Shown: in pieces, positions 48,001 through 63,000 of the stretch
Layout: the number at the start of each line of letters is the position of its first letter
How positions within the stretch are numbered: position 1 is the first letter of the stretch
NCBI GenBank assembly: GCA_964019425.1
Contig: OZ025780.1
Coordinates: forward strand, 868,001 to 932,000
Source of the DNA: Flectonema sp. DT1601
Taxonomy: Eukaryota
Direction: 5' to 3'
DNA length: 64,000 nucleotides
Made by a program: the position numbers and the translations under genes
Notes under the pieces: model-generated
The model's database searches: none
What the model was told of the DNA's origin: nothing
Seen by the model: only the letters and a program-made list of their open reading frames with translations

Positions 48001-51000
48001 CAGTGAACTTTTGGTTCAGGCCCTTCCCATCGAACAGGACGAAGACTTCTAAAACCTGAGATGAACCAATTGAGTTGAAACAAACAAATAACAGAGACGC
48101 AACACATACCGGAACATCATCGCAAGCAATGCTTCGGACCTCCGTCGACCTTCGTTCTTCCGGCGGCAAAGGGAAACAAGAAAGAACGGGCAATGAGACA
48201 AACCTGTTAGTTGGTGTTGTGTTGTTGTTAAAAACAAAAACATAAACGCCAGGAAGTTCGACAACGAAGACATCGACATCGATCGCTGCTCTGCAGATGT
48301 CCGGCGGGTGTTTGTCTACACTGTGTTTATTGTTTGTTTTTTTCCCAAGGTTCAACCTTGGGAAGAGAAGTAAAAAATTCCGTCAATGTTGGCCTTCCTG
48401 TTCGAAGGTGCGCACCAATGACGATAAATAGAGTGGGGGGGAGAAAACCTTTGATCCAACTGGATCCCTTCACGAGCCGACATTGCCATGTGAAGTTAAA
48501 TATTCTGGCGATGCCAGCTCAGGCGACTTAGCCTGCTTTTTTCTTTAAATAAAAAAAATAAAAAGATACCAACAGGTGGGGTGATGGGTTGCGCCACTGC
48601 AATCCAGTCACAAAAAGAAACAAAGGTAATCTCAAGGGTTCTCGACCCTTGGCTCTCCCTGCGCAAGCATCGCATGGAGGGTGACGCTAAGCACCCGGGG
48701 GGTACGAAACAAACTTTCCCCCTGCTGTCCTGTTTGAAATAAAAAAAAAAAACAAAGGGATAGAAGTAAACAGAATACGTTACACCTCAACAGGTGACGC
48801 TAAACACCCAGGGGATACAAACCAAACTTTCCCCCTGTTGCCCTGTTTGAAATAAATTAAAAAAAGAACAAGAAAACAGAATACAATACTCAGCAATCAG
48901 ACTCGTTCACTCGCTTCGCCAGAGCCGTTCGAGCCGATGCTCATGTAAAGTTACCTGTTTTCTTTTAACAAATTAAATAAAATAAGATAAATAAAAATAA
49001 AGAAGCGCAACGGAGAGGAATACATAACACCTCGACTCTTGCGCTAGCATCGCAAGGGGGGTACCCGGGAGATACAAACCAAACTTTCTCTGGAATACAA
49101 TACCTAACAATCAGTGCGTTCACTGGCCTTAGGGCTGTTCGGACTTATGCTTTGGACTGTTCCCTTGCAGAAAAAAAAAGTAAAATAAACCAACTTTGGG
49201 ACATTAGAAAAGCATAAAATAAAAGTTGCTACAACCAAAAGACAACTGCAAAAAAAAAAGGTTTTTGTAGGGGAGCTACAATGTAGCAATAATGTCACAC
49301 AGTCATGTGGCAAGCTGGATAAGAGATTTGGGAGAGGAATAGGGGCAGTGAACTTTTGGTTCAGGCCCTTCCCATCGAACAGGACGAAGACTTCTAAAAC
49401 CTGAGATGAACCAATTGAGTTGAAACAAACAAATAACAGAGACGCAACACATACCGGAACATCATCGCAAGCAATGCTTCGGACCTCCGTCGACCTTCGT
49501 TCTTCCGGCGGCAAAGGGAAACAAGAAAGAACGGGCAATGAGACAAACCTGTTAGTTGGTGTTGTGTTGTTGTTAAAAACAAAAACATAAACGCCAGGAA
49601 GTTCGACAACGAAGACATCGACATCGATCGCTGCTCTGCAGATGTCCGGCGGGTGTTTGTCTACACTGTGTTTATTGTTTGTTTTTTTCCCAAGGTTCAA
49701 CCTTGGGAAGAGAAGTAAAAAATTCCGTCAATGTTGGCCTTCCTGTTCGAAGGTGCGCACCAATGACGATAAATAGAGTGGGGGGGAGAAAACCTTTGAT
49801 CCAACTGGATCCCTTCACGAGCCGACATTGCCATGTGAAGTTAAATATTCTGGCGATGCCAGCTCAGGCGACTTAGCCTGCTTTTTTCTTTAAATAAAAA
49901 AAATAAAAAGATACCAACAGGTGGGGTGATGGGTTGCGCCACTGCAATCCAGTCACAAAAAGAAACAAAGGTAATCTCAAGGGTTCTCGACCCTTGGCTC
50001 TCCCTGCGCAAGCATCGCATGGAGGGTGACGCTAAGCACCCGGGGGGTACGAAACAAACTTTCCCCCTGCTGTCCTGTTTGAAATAAAAAAAAAAAACAA
50101 AGGGATAGAAGTAAACAGAATACGTTACACCTCAACAGGTGACGCTAAACACCCAGGGGATACAAACCAAACTTTCCCCCTGTTGCCCTGTTTGAAATAA
50201 ATTAAAAAAAGAACAAGAAAACAGAATACAATACTCAGCAATCAGACTCGTTCACTCGCTTCGCCAGAGCCGTTCGAGCCGATGCTCATGTAAAGTTACC
50301 TGTTTTCTTTTAACAAATTAAATAAAATAAGATAAATAAAAATAAAGAAGCGCAACGGAGAGGAATACATAACACCTCGACTCTTGCGCTAGCATCGCAA
50401 GGGGGGTACCCGGGAGATACAAACCAAACTTTCTCTGGAATACAATACCTAACAATCAGTGCGTTCACTGGCCTTAGGGCTGTTCGGACTTATGCTTTGG
50501 ACTGTTCCCTTGCAGAAAAAAAAAGTAAAATAAACCAACTTTGGGACATTAGAAAAGCATAAAATAAAAGTTGCTACAACCAAAAGACAACTGCAAAAAA
50601 AAAAGGTTTTTGTAGGGGAGCTACAATGTAGCAATAATGTCACACAGTCATGTGGCAAGCTGGATAAGAGATTTGGGAGAGGAATAGGGGCAGTGAACTT
50701 TTGGTTCAGGCCCTTCCCATCGAACAGGACGAAGACTTCTAAAACCTGAGATGAACCAATTGAGTTGAAACAAACAAATAACAGAGACGCAACACATACC
50801 GGAACATCATCGCAAGCAATGCTTCGGACCTCCGTCGACCTTCGTTCTTCCGGCGGCAAAGGGAAACAAGAAAGAACGGGCAATGAGACAAACCTGTTAG
50901 TTGGTGTTGTGTTGTTGTTAAAAACAAAAACATAAACGCCAGGAAGTTCGACAACGAAGACATCGACATCGATCGCTGCTCTGCAGATGTCCGGCGGGTG

Positions 51001-54000
51001 TTTGTCTACACTGTGTTTATTGTTTGTTTTTTTCCCAAGGTTCAACCTTGGGAAGAGAAGTAAAAAATTCCGTCAATGTTGGCCTTCCTGTTCGAAGGTG
51101 CGCACCAATGACGATAAATAGAGTGGGGGGGAGAAAACCTTTGATCCAACTGGATCCCTTCACGAGCCGACATTGCCATGTGAAGTTAAATATTCTGGCG
51201 ATGCCAGCTCAGGCGACTTAGCCTGCTTTTTTCTTTAAATAAAAAAAATAAAAAGATACCAACAGGTGGGGTGATGGGTTGCGCCACTGCAATCCAGTCA
51301 CAAAAAGAAACAAAGGTAATCTCAAGGGTTCTCGACCCTTGGCTCTCCCTGCGCAAGCATCGCATGGAGGGTGACGCTAAGCACCCGGGGGGTACGAAAC
51401 AAACTTTCCCCCTGCTGTCCTGTTTGAAATAAAAAAAAAAAACAAAGGGATAGAAGTAAACAGAATACGTTACACCTCAACAGGTGACGCTAAACACCCA
51501 GGGGATACAAACCAAACTTTCCCCCTGTTGCCCTGTTTGAAATAAATTAAAAAAAGAACAAGAAAACAGAATACAATACTCAGCAATCAGACTCGTTCAC
51601 TCGCTTCGCCAGAGCCGTTCGAGCCGATGCTCATGTAAAGTTACCTGTTTTCTTTTAACAAATTAAATAAAATAAGATAAATAAAAATAAAGAAGCGCAA
51701 CGGAGAGGAATACATAACACCTCGACTCTTGCGCTAGCATCGCAAGGGGGGTACCCGGGAGATACAAACCAAACTTTCTCTGGAATACAATACCTAACAA
51801 TCAGTGCGTTCACTGGCCTTAGGGCTGTTCGGACTTATGCTTTGGACTGTTCCCTTGCAGAAAAAAAAAGTAAAATAAACCAACTTTGGGACATTAGAAA
51901 AGCATAAAATAAAAGTTGCTACAACCAAAAGACAACTGCAAAAAAAAAAGGTTTTTGTAGGGGAGCTACAATGTAGCAATAATGTCACACAGTCATGTGG
52001 CAAGCTGGATAAGAGATTTGGGAGAGGAATAGGGGCAGTGAACTTTTGGTTCAGGCCCTTCCCATCGAACAGGACGAAGACTTCTAAAACCTGAGATGAA
52101 CCAATTGAGTTGAAACAAACAAATAACAGAGACGCAACACATACCGGAACATCATCGCAAGCAATGCTTCGGACCTCCGTCGACCTTCGTTCTTCCGGCG
52201 GCAAAGGGAAACAAGAAAGAACGGGCAATGAGACAAACCTGTTAGTTGGTGTTGTGTTGTTGTTAAAAACAAAAACATAAACGCCAGGAAGTTCGACAAC
52301 GAAGACATCGACATCGATCGCTGCTCTGCAGATGTCCGGCGGGTGTTTGTCTACACTGTGTTTATTGTTTGTTTTTTTCCCAAGGTTCAACCTTGGGAAG
52401 AGAAGTAAAAAATTCCGTCAATGTTGGCCTTCCTGTTCGAAGGTGCGCACCAATGACGATAAATAGAGTGGGGGGGAGAAAACCTTTGATCCAACTGGAT
52501 CCCTTCACGAGCCGACATTGCCATGTGAAGTTAAATATTCTGGCGATGCCAGCTCAGGCGACTTAGCCTGCTTTTTTCTTTAAATAAAAAAAATAAAAAG
52601 ATACCAACAGGTGGGGTGATGGGTTGCGCCACTGCAATCCAGTCACAAAAAGAAACAAAGGTAATCTCAAGGGTTCTCGACCCTTGGCTCTCCCTGCGCA
52701 AGCATCGCATGGAGGGTGACGCTAAGCACCCGGGGGGTACGAAACAAACTTTCCCCCTGCTGTCCTGTTTGAAATAAAAAAAAAAAACAAAGGGATAGAA
52801 GTAAACAGAATACGTTACACCTCAACAGGTGACGCTAAACACCCAGGGGATACAAACCAAACTTTCCCCCTGTTGCCCTGTTTGAAATAAATTAAAAAAA
52901 GAACAAGAAAACAGAATACAATACTCAGCAATCAGACTCGTTCACTCGCTTCGCCAGAGCCGTTCGAGCCGATGCTCATGTAAAGTTACCTGTTTTCTTT
53001 TAACAAATTAAATAAAATAAGATAAATAAAAATAAAGAAGCGCAACGGAGAGGAATACATAACACCTCGACTCTTGCGCTAGCATCGCAAGGGGGGTACC
53101 CGGGAGATACAAACCAAACTTTCTCTGGAATACAATACCTAACAATCAGTGCGTTCACTGGCCTTAGGGCTGTTCGGACTTATGCTTTGGACTGTTCCCT
53201 TGCAGAAAAAAAAAGTAAAATAAACCAACTTTGGGACATTAGAAAAGCATAAAATAAAAGTTGCTACAACCAAAAGACAACTGCAAAAAAAAAAGGTTTT
53301 TGTAGGGGAGCTACAATGTAGCAATAATGTCACACAGTCATGTGGCAAGCTGGATAAGAGATTTGGGAGAGGAATAGGGGCAGTGAACTTTTGGTTCAGG
53401 CCCTTCCCATCGAACAGGACGAAGACTTCTAAAACCTGAGATGAACCAATTGAGTTGAAACAAACAAATAACAGAGACGCAACACATACCGGAACATCAT
53501 CGCAAGCAATGCTTCGGACCTCCGTCGACCTTCGTTCTTCCGGCGGCAAAGGGAAACAAGAAAGAACGGGCAATGAGACAAACCTGTTAGTTGGTGTTGT
53601 GTTGTTGTTAAAAACAAAAACATAAACGCCAGGAAGTTCGACAACGAAGACATCGACATCGATCGCTGCTCTGCAGATGTCTGGCGGGTGTTTGTCTACA
53701 CTGTGTTTATTGTTTGTTTTTTTCCCAAGGTTCAACCTTGGGAAGAGAAGTAAAAAATTCCGTCAATGTTGGCCTTCCTGTTCGAAGGTGCGCACCAATG
53801 ACGATAAATAGAGTGGGGGGGAGAAAACCTTTGATCCAACTGGATCCCTTCACGAGCCGACATTGCCATGTGAAGTTAAATATTCTGGCGATGCCAGCTC
53901 AGGCGACTTAGCCTGCTTTTTTCTTTAAATAAAAAAAATAAAAAGATACCAACAGGTGGGGTGATGGGTTGCGCCACTGCAATCCAGTCACAAAAAGAAA

Positions 54001-57000
54001 CAAAGGTAATCTCAAGGGTTCTCGACCCTTGGCTCTCCCTGCGCAAGCATCGCATGGAGGGTGACGCTAAGCACCCGGGGGGTACGAAACAAACTTTCCC
54101 CCTGCTGTCCTGTTTGAAATAAAAAAAAAAAACAAAGGGATAGAAGTAAACAGAATACGTTACACCTCAACAGGTGACGCTAAACACCCAGGGGATACAA
54201 ACCAAACTTTCCCCCTGTTGCCCTGTTTGAAATAAATTAAAAAAAGAACAAGAAAACAGAATACAATACTCAGCAATCAGACTCGTTCACTCGCTTCGCC
54301 AGAGCCGTTCGAGCCGATGCTCATGTAAAGTTACCTGTTTTCTTTTAACAAATTAAATAAAATAAGATAAATAAAAATAAAGAAGCGCAACGGAGAGGAA
54401 TACATAACACCTCGACTCTTGCGCTAGCATCGCAAGGGGGGTACCCGGGAGATACAAACCAAACTTTCTCTGGAATACAATACCTAACAATCAGTGCGTT
54501 CACTGGCCTTAGGGCTGTTCGGACTTATGCTTTGGACTGTTCCCTTGCAGAAAAAAAAAGTAAAATAAACCAACTTTGGGACATTAGAAAAGCATAAAAT
54601 AAAAGTTGCTACAACCAAAAGACAACTGCAAAAAAAAAAGGTTTTTGTAGGGGAGCTACAATGTAGCAATAATGTCACACAGTCATGTGGCAAGCTGGAT
54701 AAGAGATTTGGGAGAGGAATAGGGGCAGTGAACTTTTGGTTCAGGCCCTTCCCATCGAACAGGACGAAGACTTCTAAAACCTGAGATGAACCAATTGAGT
54801 TGAAACAAACAAATAACAGAGACGCAACACATACCGGAACATCATCGCAAGCAATGCTTCGGACCTCCGTCGACCTTCGTTCTTCCGGCGGCAAAGGGAA
54901 ACAAGAAAGAACGGGCAATGAGACAAACCTGTTAGTTGGTGTTGTGTTGTTGTTAAAAACAAAAACATAAACGCCAGGAAGTTCGACAACGAAGACATCG
55001 ACATCGATCGCTGCTCTGCAGATGTCCGGCGGGTGTTTGTCTACACTGTGTTTATTGTTTGTTTTTTTCCCAAGGTTCAACCTTGGGAAGAGAAGTAAAA
55101 AATTCCGTCAATGTTGGCCTTCCTGTTCGAAGGTGCGCACCAATGACGATAAATAGAGTGGGGGGGAGAAAACCTTTGATCCAACTGGATCCCTTCACGA
55201 GCCGACATTGCCATGTGAAGTTAAATATTCTGGCGATGCCAGCTCAGGCGACTTAGCCTGCTTTTTTCTTTAAATAAAAAAAATAAAAAGATACCAACAG
55301 GTGGGGTGATGGGTTGCGCCACTGCAATCCAGTCACAAAAAGAAACAAAGGTAATCTCAAGGGTTCTCGACCCTTGGCTCTCCCTGCGCAAGCATCGCAT
55401 GGAGGGTGACGCTAAGCACCCGGGGGGTACGAAACAAACTTTCCCCCTGCTGTCCTGTTTGAAATAAAAAAAAAAAACAAAGGGATAGAAGTAAACAGAA
55501 TACGTTACACCTCAACAGGTGACGCTAAACACCCAGGGGATACAAACCAAACTTTCCCCCTGTTGCCCTGTTTGAAATAAATTAAAAAAAGAACAAGAAA
55601 ACAGAATACAATACTCAGCAATCAGACTCGTTCACTCGCTTCGCCAGAGCCGTTCGAGCCGATGCTCATGTAAAGTTACCTGTTTTCTTTTAACAAATTA
55701 AATAAAATAAGATAAATAAAAATAAAGAAGCGCAACGGAGAGGAATACATAACACCTCGACTCTTGCGCTAGCATCGCAAGGGGGGTACCCGGGAGATAC
55801 AAACCAAACTTTCTCTGGAATACAATACCTAACAATCAGTGCGTTCACTGGCCTTAGGGCTGTTCGGACTTATGCTTTGGACTGTTCCCTTGCAGAAAAA
55901 AAAAGTAAAATAAACCAACTTTGGGACATTAGAAAAGCATAAAATAAAAGTTGCTACAACCAAAAGACAACTGCAAAAAAAAAAGGTTTTTGTAGGGGAG
56001 CTACAATGTAGCAATAATGTCACACAGTCATGTGGCAAGCTGGATAAGAGATTTGGGAGAGGAATAGGGGCAGTGAACTTTTGGTTCAGGCCCTTCCCAT
56101 CGAACAGGACGAAGACTTCTAAAACCTGAGATGAACCAATTGAGTTGAAACAAACAAATAACAGAGACGCAACACATACCGGAACATCATCGCAAGCAAT
56201 GCTTCGGACCTCCGTCGACCTTCGTTCTTCCGGCGGCAAAGGGAAACAAGAAAGAACGGGCAATGAGACAAACCTGTTAGTTGGTGTTGTGTTGTTGTTA
56301 AAAACAAAAACATAAACGCCAGGAAGTTCGACAACGAAGACATCGACATCGATCGCTGCTCTGCAGATGTCCGGCGGGTGTTTGTCTACACTGTGTTTAT
56401 TGTTTGTTTTTTTCCCAAGGTTCAACCTTGGGAAGAGAAGTAAAAAATTCCGTCAATGTTGGCCTTCCTGTTCGAAGGTGCGCACCAATGACGATAAATA
56501 GAGTGGGGGGGAGAAAACCTTTGATCCAACTGGATCCCTTCACGAGCCGACATTGCCATGTGAAGTTAAATATTCTGGCGATGCCAGCTCAGGCGACTTA
56601 GCCTGCTTTTTTCTTTAAATAAAAAAAATAAAAAGATACCAACAGGTGGGGTGATGGGTTGCGCCACTGCAATCCAGTCACAAAAAGAAACAAAGGTAAT
56701 CTCAAGGGTTCTCGACCCTTGGCTCTCCCTGCGCAAGCATCGCATGGAGGGTGACGCTAAGCACCCGGGGGGTACGAAACAAACTTTCCCCCTGCTGTCC
56801 TGTTTGAAATAAAAAAAAAAAACAAAGGGATAGAAGTAAACAGAATACGTTACACCTCAACAGGTGACGCTAAACACCCAGGGGATACAAACCAAACTTT
56901 CCCCCTGTTGCCCTGTTTGAAATAAATTAAAAAAAGAACAAGAAAACAGAATACAATACTCAGCAATCAGACTCGTTCACTCGCTTCGCCAGAGCCGTTC

Positions 57001-60000
57001 GAGCCGATGCTCATGTAAAGTTACCTGTTTTCTTTTAACAAATTAAATAAAATAAGATAAATAAAAATAAAGAAGCGCAACGGAGAGGAATACATAACAC
57101 CTCGACTCTTGCGCTAGCATCGCAAGGGGGGTACCCGGGAGATACAAACCAAACTTTCTCTGGAATACAATACCTAACAATCAGTGCGTTCACTGGCCTT
57201 AGGGCTGTTCGGACTTATGCTTTGGACTGTTCCCTTGCAGAAAAAAAAAGTAAAATAAACCAACTTTGGGACATTAGAAAAGCATAAAATAAAAGTTGCT
57301 ACAACCAAAAGACAACTGCAAAAAAAAAAGGTTTTTGTAGGGGAGCTACAATGTAGCAATAATGTCACACAGTCATGTGGCAAGCTGGATAAGAGATTTG
57401 GGAGAGGAATAGGGGCAGTGAACTTTTGGTTCAGGCCCTTCCCATCGAACAGGACGAAGACTTCTAAAACCTGAGATGAACCAATTGAGTTGAAACAAAC
57501 AAATAACAGAGACGCAACACATACCGGAACATCATCGCAAGCAATGCTTCGGACCTCCGTCGACCTTCGTTCTTCCGGCGGCAAAGGGAAACAAGAAAGA
57601 ACGGGCAATGAGACAAACCTGTTAGTTGGTGTTGTGTTGTTGTTAAAAACAAAAACATAAACGCCAGGAAGTTCGACAACGAAGACATCGACATCGATCG
57701 CTGCTCTGCAGATGTCCGGCGGGTGTTTGTCTACACTGTGTTTATTGTTTGTTTTTTTCCCAAGGTTCAACCTTGGGAAGAGAAGTAAAAAATTCCGTCA
57801 ATGTTGGCCTTCCTGTTCGAAGGTGCGCACCAATGACGATAAATAGAGTGGGGGGGAGAAAACCTTTGATCCAACTGGATCCCTTCACGAGCCGACATTG
57901 CCATGTGAAGTTAAATATTCTGGCGATGCCAGCTCAGGCGACTTAGCCTGCTTTTTTCTTTAAATAAAAAAAATAAAAAGATACCAACAGGTGGGGTGAT
58001 GGGTTGCGCCACTGCAATCCAGTCACAAAAAGAAACAAAGGTAATCTCAAGGGTTCTCGACCCTTGGCTCTCCCTGCGCAAGCATCGCATGGAGGGTGAC
58101 GCTAAGCACCCGGGGGGTACGAAACAAACTTTCCCCCTGCTGTCCTGTTTGAAATAAAAAAAAAAAACAAAGGGATAGAAGTAAACAGAATACGTTACAC
58201 CTCAACAGGTGACGCTAAACACCCAGGGGATACAAACCAAACTTTCCCCCTGTTGCCCTGTTTGAAATAAATTAAAAAAAGAACAAGAAAACAGAATACA
58301 ATACTCAGCAATCAGACTCGTTCACTCGCTTCGCCAGAGCCGTTCGAGCCGATGCTCATGTAAAGTTACCTGTTTTCTTTTAACAAATTAAATAAAATAA
58401 GATAAATAAAAATAAAGAAGCGCAACGGAGAGGAATACATAACACCTCGACTCTTGCGCTAGCATCGCAAGGGGGGTACCCGGGAGATACAAACCAAACT
58501 TTCTCTGGAATACAATACCTAACAATCAGTGCGTTCACTGGCCTTAGGGCTGTTCGGACTTATGCTTTGGACTGTTCCCTTGCAGAAAAAAAAAGTAAAA
58601 TAAACCAACTTTGGGACATTAGAAAAGCATAAAATAAAAGTTGCTACAACCAAAAGACAACTGCAAAAAAAAAAGGTTTTTGTAGGGGAGCTACAATGTA
58701 GCAATAATGTCACACAGTCATGTGGCAAGCTGGATAAGAGATTTGGGAGAGGAATAGGGGCAGTGAACTTTTGGTTCAGGCCCTTCCCATCGAACAGGAC
58801 GAAGACTTCTAAAACCTGAGATGAACCAATTGAGTTGAAACAAACAAATAACAGAGACGCAACACATACCGGAACATCATCGCAAGCAATGCTTCGGACC
58901 TCCGTCGACCTTCGTTCTTCCGGCGGCAAAGGGAAACAAGAAAGAACGGGCAATGAGACAAACCTGTTAGTTGGTGTTGTGTTGTTGTTAAAAACAAAAA
59001 CATAAACGCCAGGAAGTTCGACAACGAAGACATCGACATCGATCGCTGCTCTGCAGATGTCCGGCGGGTGTTTGTCTACACTGTGTTTATTGTTTGTTTT
59101 TTTCCCAAGGTTCAACCTTGGGAAGAGAAGTAAAAAATTCCGTCAATGTTGGCCTTCCTGTTCGAAGGTGCGCACCAATGACGATAAATAGAGTGGGGGG
59201 GAGAAAACCTTTGATCCAACTGGATCCCTTCACGAGCCGACATTGCCATGTGAAGTTAAATATTCTGGCGATGCCAGCTCAGGCGACTTAGCCTGCTTTT
59301 TTCTTTAAATAAAAAAAATAAAAAGATACCAACAGGTGGGGTGATGGGTTGCGCCACTGCAATCCAGTCACAAAAAGAAACAAAGGTAATCTCAAGGGTT
59401 CTCGACCCTTGGCTCTCCCTGCGCAAGCATCGCATGGAGGGTGACGCTAAGCACCCGGGGGGTACGAAACAAACTTTCCCCCTGCTGTCCTGTTTGAAAT
59501 AAAAAAAAAAAACAAAGGGATAGAAGTAAACAGAATACGTTACACCTCAACAGGTGACGCTAAACACCCAGGGGATACAAACCAAACTTTCCCCCTGTTG
59601 CCCTGTTTGAAATAAATTAAAAAAAGAACAAGAAAACAGAATACAATACTCAGCAATCAGACTCGTTCACTCGCTTCGCCAGAGCCGTTCGAGCCGATGC
59701 TCATGTAAAGTTACCTGTTTTCTTTTAACAAATTAAATAAAATAAGATAAATAAAAATAAAGAAGCGCAACGGAGAGGAATACATAACACCTCGACTCTT
59801 GCGCTAGCATCGCAAGGGGGGTACCCGGGAGATACAAACCAAACTTTCTCTGGAATACAATACCTAACAATCAGTGCGTTCACTGGCCTTAGGGCTGTTC
59901 GGACTTATGCTTTGGACTGTTCCCTTGCAGAAAAAAAAAGTAAAATAAACCAACTTTGGGACATTAGAAAAGCATAAAATAAAAGTTGCTACAACCAAAA

Positions 60001-63000
60001 GACAACTGCAAAAAAAAAAGGTTTTTGTAGGGGAGCTACAATGTAGCAATAATGTCACACAGTCATGTGGCAAGCTGGATAAGAGATTTGGGAGAGGAAT
60101 AGGGGCAGTGAACTTTTGGTTCAGGCCCTTCCCATCGAACAGGACGAAGACTTCTAAAACCTGAGATGAACCAATTGAGTTGAAACAAACAAATAACAGA
60201 GACGCAACACATACCGGAACATCATCGCAAGCAATGCTTCGGACCTCCGTCGACCTTCGTTCTTCCGGCGGCAAAGGGAAACAAGAAAGAACGGGCAATG
60301 AGACAAACCTGTTAGTTGGTGTTGTGTTGTTGTTAAAAACAAAAACATAAACGCCAGGAAGTTCGACAACGAAGACATCGACATCGATCGCTGCTCTGCA
60401 GATGTCCGGCGGGTGTTTGTCTACACTGTGTTTATTGTTTGTTTTTTTCCCAAGGTTCAACCTTGGGAAGAGAAGTAAAAAATTCCGTCAATGTTGGCCT
60501 TCCTGTTCGAAGGTGCGCACCAATGACGATAAATAGAGTGGGGGGGAGAAAACCTTTGATCCAACTGGATCCCTTCACGAGCCGACATTGCCATGTGAAG
60601 TTAAATATTCTGGCGATGCCAGCTCAGGCGACTTAGCCTGCTTTTTTCTTTAAATAAAAAAAATAAAAAGATACCAACAGGTGGGGTGATGGGTTGCGCC
60701 ACTGCAATCCAGTCACAAAAAGAAACAAAGGTAATCTCAAGGGTTCTCGACCCTTGGCTCTCCCTGCGCAAGCATCGCATGGAGGGTGACGCTAAGCACC
60801 CGGGGGGTACGAAACAAACTTTCCCCCTGCTGTCCTGTTTGAAATAAAAAAAAAAAACAAAGGGATAGAAGTAAACAGAATACGTTACACCTCAACAGGT
60901 GACGCTAAACACCCAGGGGATACAAACCAAACTTTCCCCCTGTTGCCCTGTTTGAAATAAATTAAAAAAAGAACAAGAAAACAGAATACAATACTCAGCA
61001 ATCAGACTCGTTCACTCGCTTCGCCAGAGCCGTTCGAGCCGATGCTCATGTAAAGTTACCTGTTTTCTTTTAACAAATTAAATAAAATAAGATAAATAAA
61101 AATAAAGAAGCGCAACGGAGAGGAATACATAACACCTCGACTCTTGCGCTAGCATCGCAAGGGGGGTACCCGGGAGATACAAACCAAACTTTCTCTGGAA
61201 TACAATACCTAACAATCAGTGCGTTCACTGGCCTTAGGGCTGTTCGGACTTATGCTTTGGACTGTTCCCTTGCAGAAAAAAAAAGTAAAATAAACCAACT
61301 TTGGGACATTAGAAAAGCATAAAATAAAAGTTGCTACAACCAAAAGACAACTGCAAAAAAAAAAGGTTTTTGTAGGGGAGCTACAATGTAGCAATAATGT
61401 CACACAGTCATGTGGCAAGCTGGATAAGAGATTTGGGAGAGGAATAGGGGCAGTGAACTTTTGGTTCAGGCCCTTCCCATCGAACAGGACGAAGACTTCT
61501 AAAACCTGAGATGAACCAATTGAGTTGAAACAAACAAATAACAGAGACGCAACACATACCGGAACATCATCGCAAGCAATGCTTCGGACCTCCGTCGACC
61601 TTCGTTCTTCCGGCGGCAAAGGGAAACAAGAAAGAACGGGCAATGAGACAAACCTGTTAGTTGGTGTTGTGTTGTTGTTAAAAACAAAAACATAAACGCC
61701 AGGAAGTTCGACAACGAAGACATCGACATCGATCGCTGCTCTGCAGATGTCCGGCGGGTGTTTGTCTACACTGTGTTTATTGTTTGTTTTTTTCCCAAGG
61801 TTCAACCTTGGGAAGAGAAGTAAAAAATTCCGTCAATGTTGGCCTTCCTGTTCGAAGGTGCGCACCAATGACGATAAATAGAGTGGGGGGGAGAAAACCT
61901 TTGATCCAACTGGATCCCTTCACGAGCCGACATTGCCATGTGAAGTTAAATATTCTGGCGATGCCAGCTCAGGCGACTTAGCCTGCTTTTTTCTTTAAAT
62001 AAAAAAAATAAAAAGATACCAACAGGTGGGGTGATGGGTTGCGCCACTGCAATCCAGTCACAAAAAGAAACAAAGGTAATCTCAAGGGTTCTCGACCCTT
62101 GGCTCTCCCTGCGCAAGCATCGCATGGAGGGTGACGCTAAGCACCCGGGGGGTACGAAACAAACTTTCCCCCTGCTGTCCTGTTTGAAATAAAAAAAAAA
62201 AACAAAGGGATAGAAGTAAACAGAATACGTTACACCTCAACAGGTGACGCTAAACACCCAGGGGATACAAACCAAACTTTCCCCCTGTTGCCCTGTTTGA
62301 AATAAATTAAAAAAAGAACAAGAAAACAGAATACAATACTCAGCAATCAGACTCGTTCACTCGCTTCGCCAGAGCCGTTCGAGCCGATGCTCATGTAAAG
62401 TTACCTGTTTTCTTTTAACAAATTAAATAAAATAAGATAAATAAAAATAAAGAAGCGCAACGGAGAGGAATACATAACACCTCGACTCTTGCGCTAGCAT
62501 CGCAAGGGGGGTACCCGGGAGATACAAACCAAACTTTCTCTGGAATACAATACCTAACAATCAGTGCGTTCACTGGCCTTAGGGCTGTTCGGACTTATGC
62601 TTTGGACTGTTCCCTTGCAGAAAAAAAAAGTAAAATAAACCAACTTTGGGACATTAGAAAAGCATAAAATAAAAGTTGCTACAACCAAAAGACAACTGCA
62701 AAAAAAAAAGGTTTTTGTAGGGGAGCTACAATGTAGCAATAATGTCACACAGTCATGTGGCAAGCTGGATAAGAGATTTGGGAGAGGAATAGGGGCAGTG
62801 AACTTTTGGTTCAGGCCCTTCCCATCGAACAGGACGAAGACTTCTAAAACCTGAGATGAACCAATTGAGTTGAAACAAACAAATAACAGAGACGCAACAC
62901 ATACCGGAACATCATCGCAAGCAATGCTTCGGACCTCCGTCGACCTTCGTTCTTCCGGCGGCAAAGGGAAACAAGAAAGAACGGGCAATGAGACAAACCT

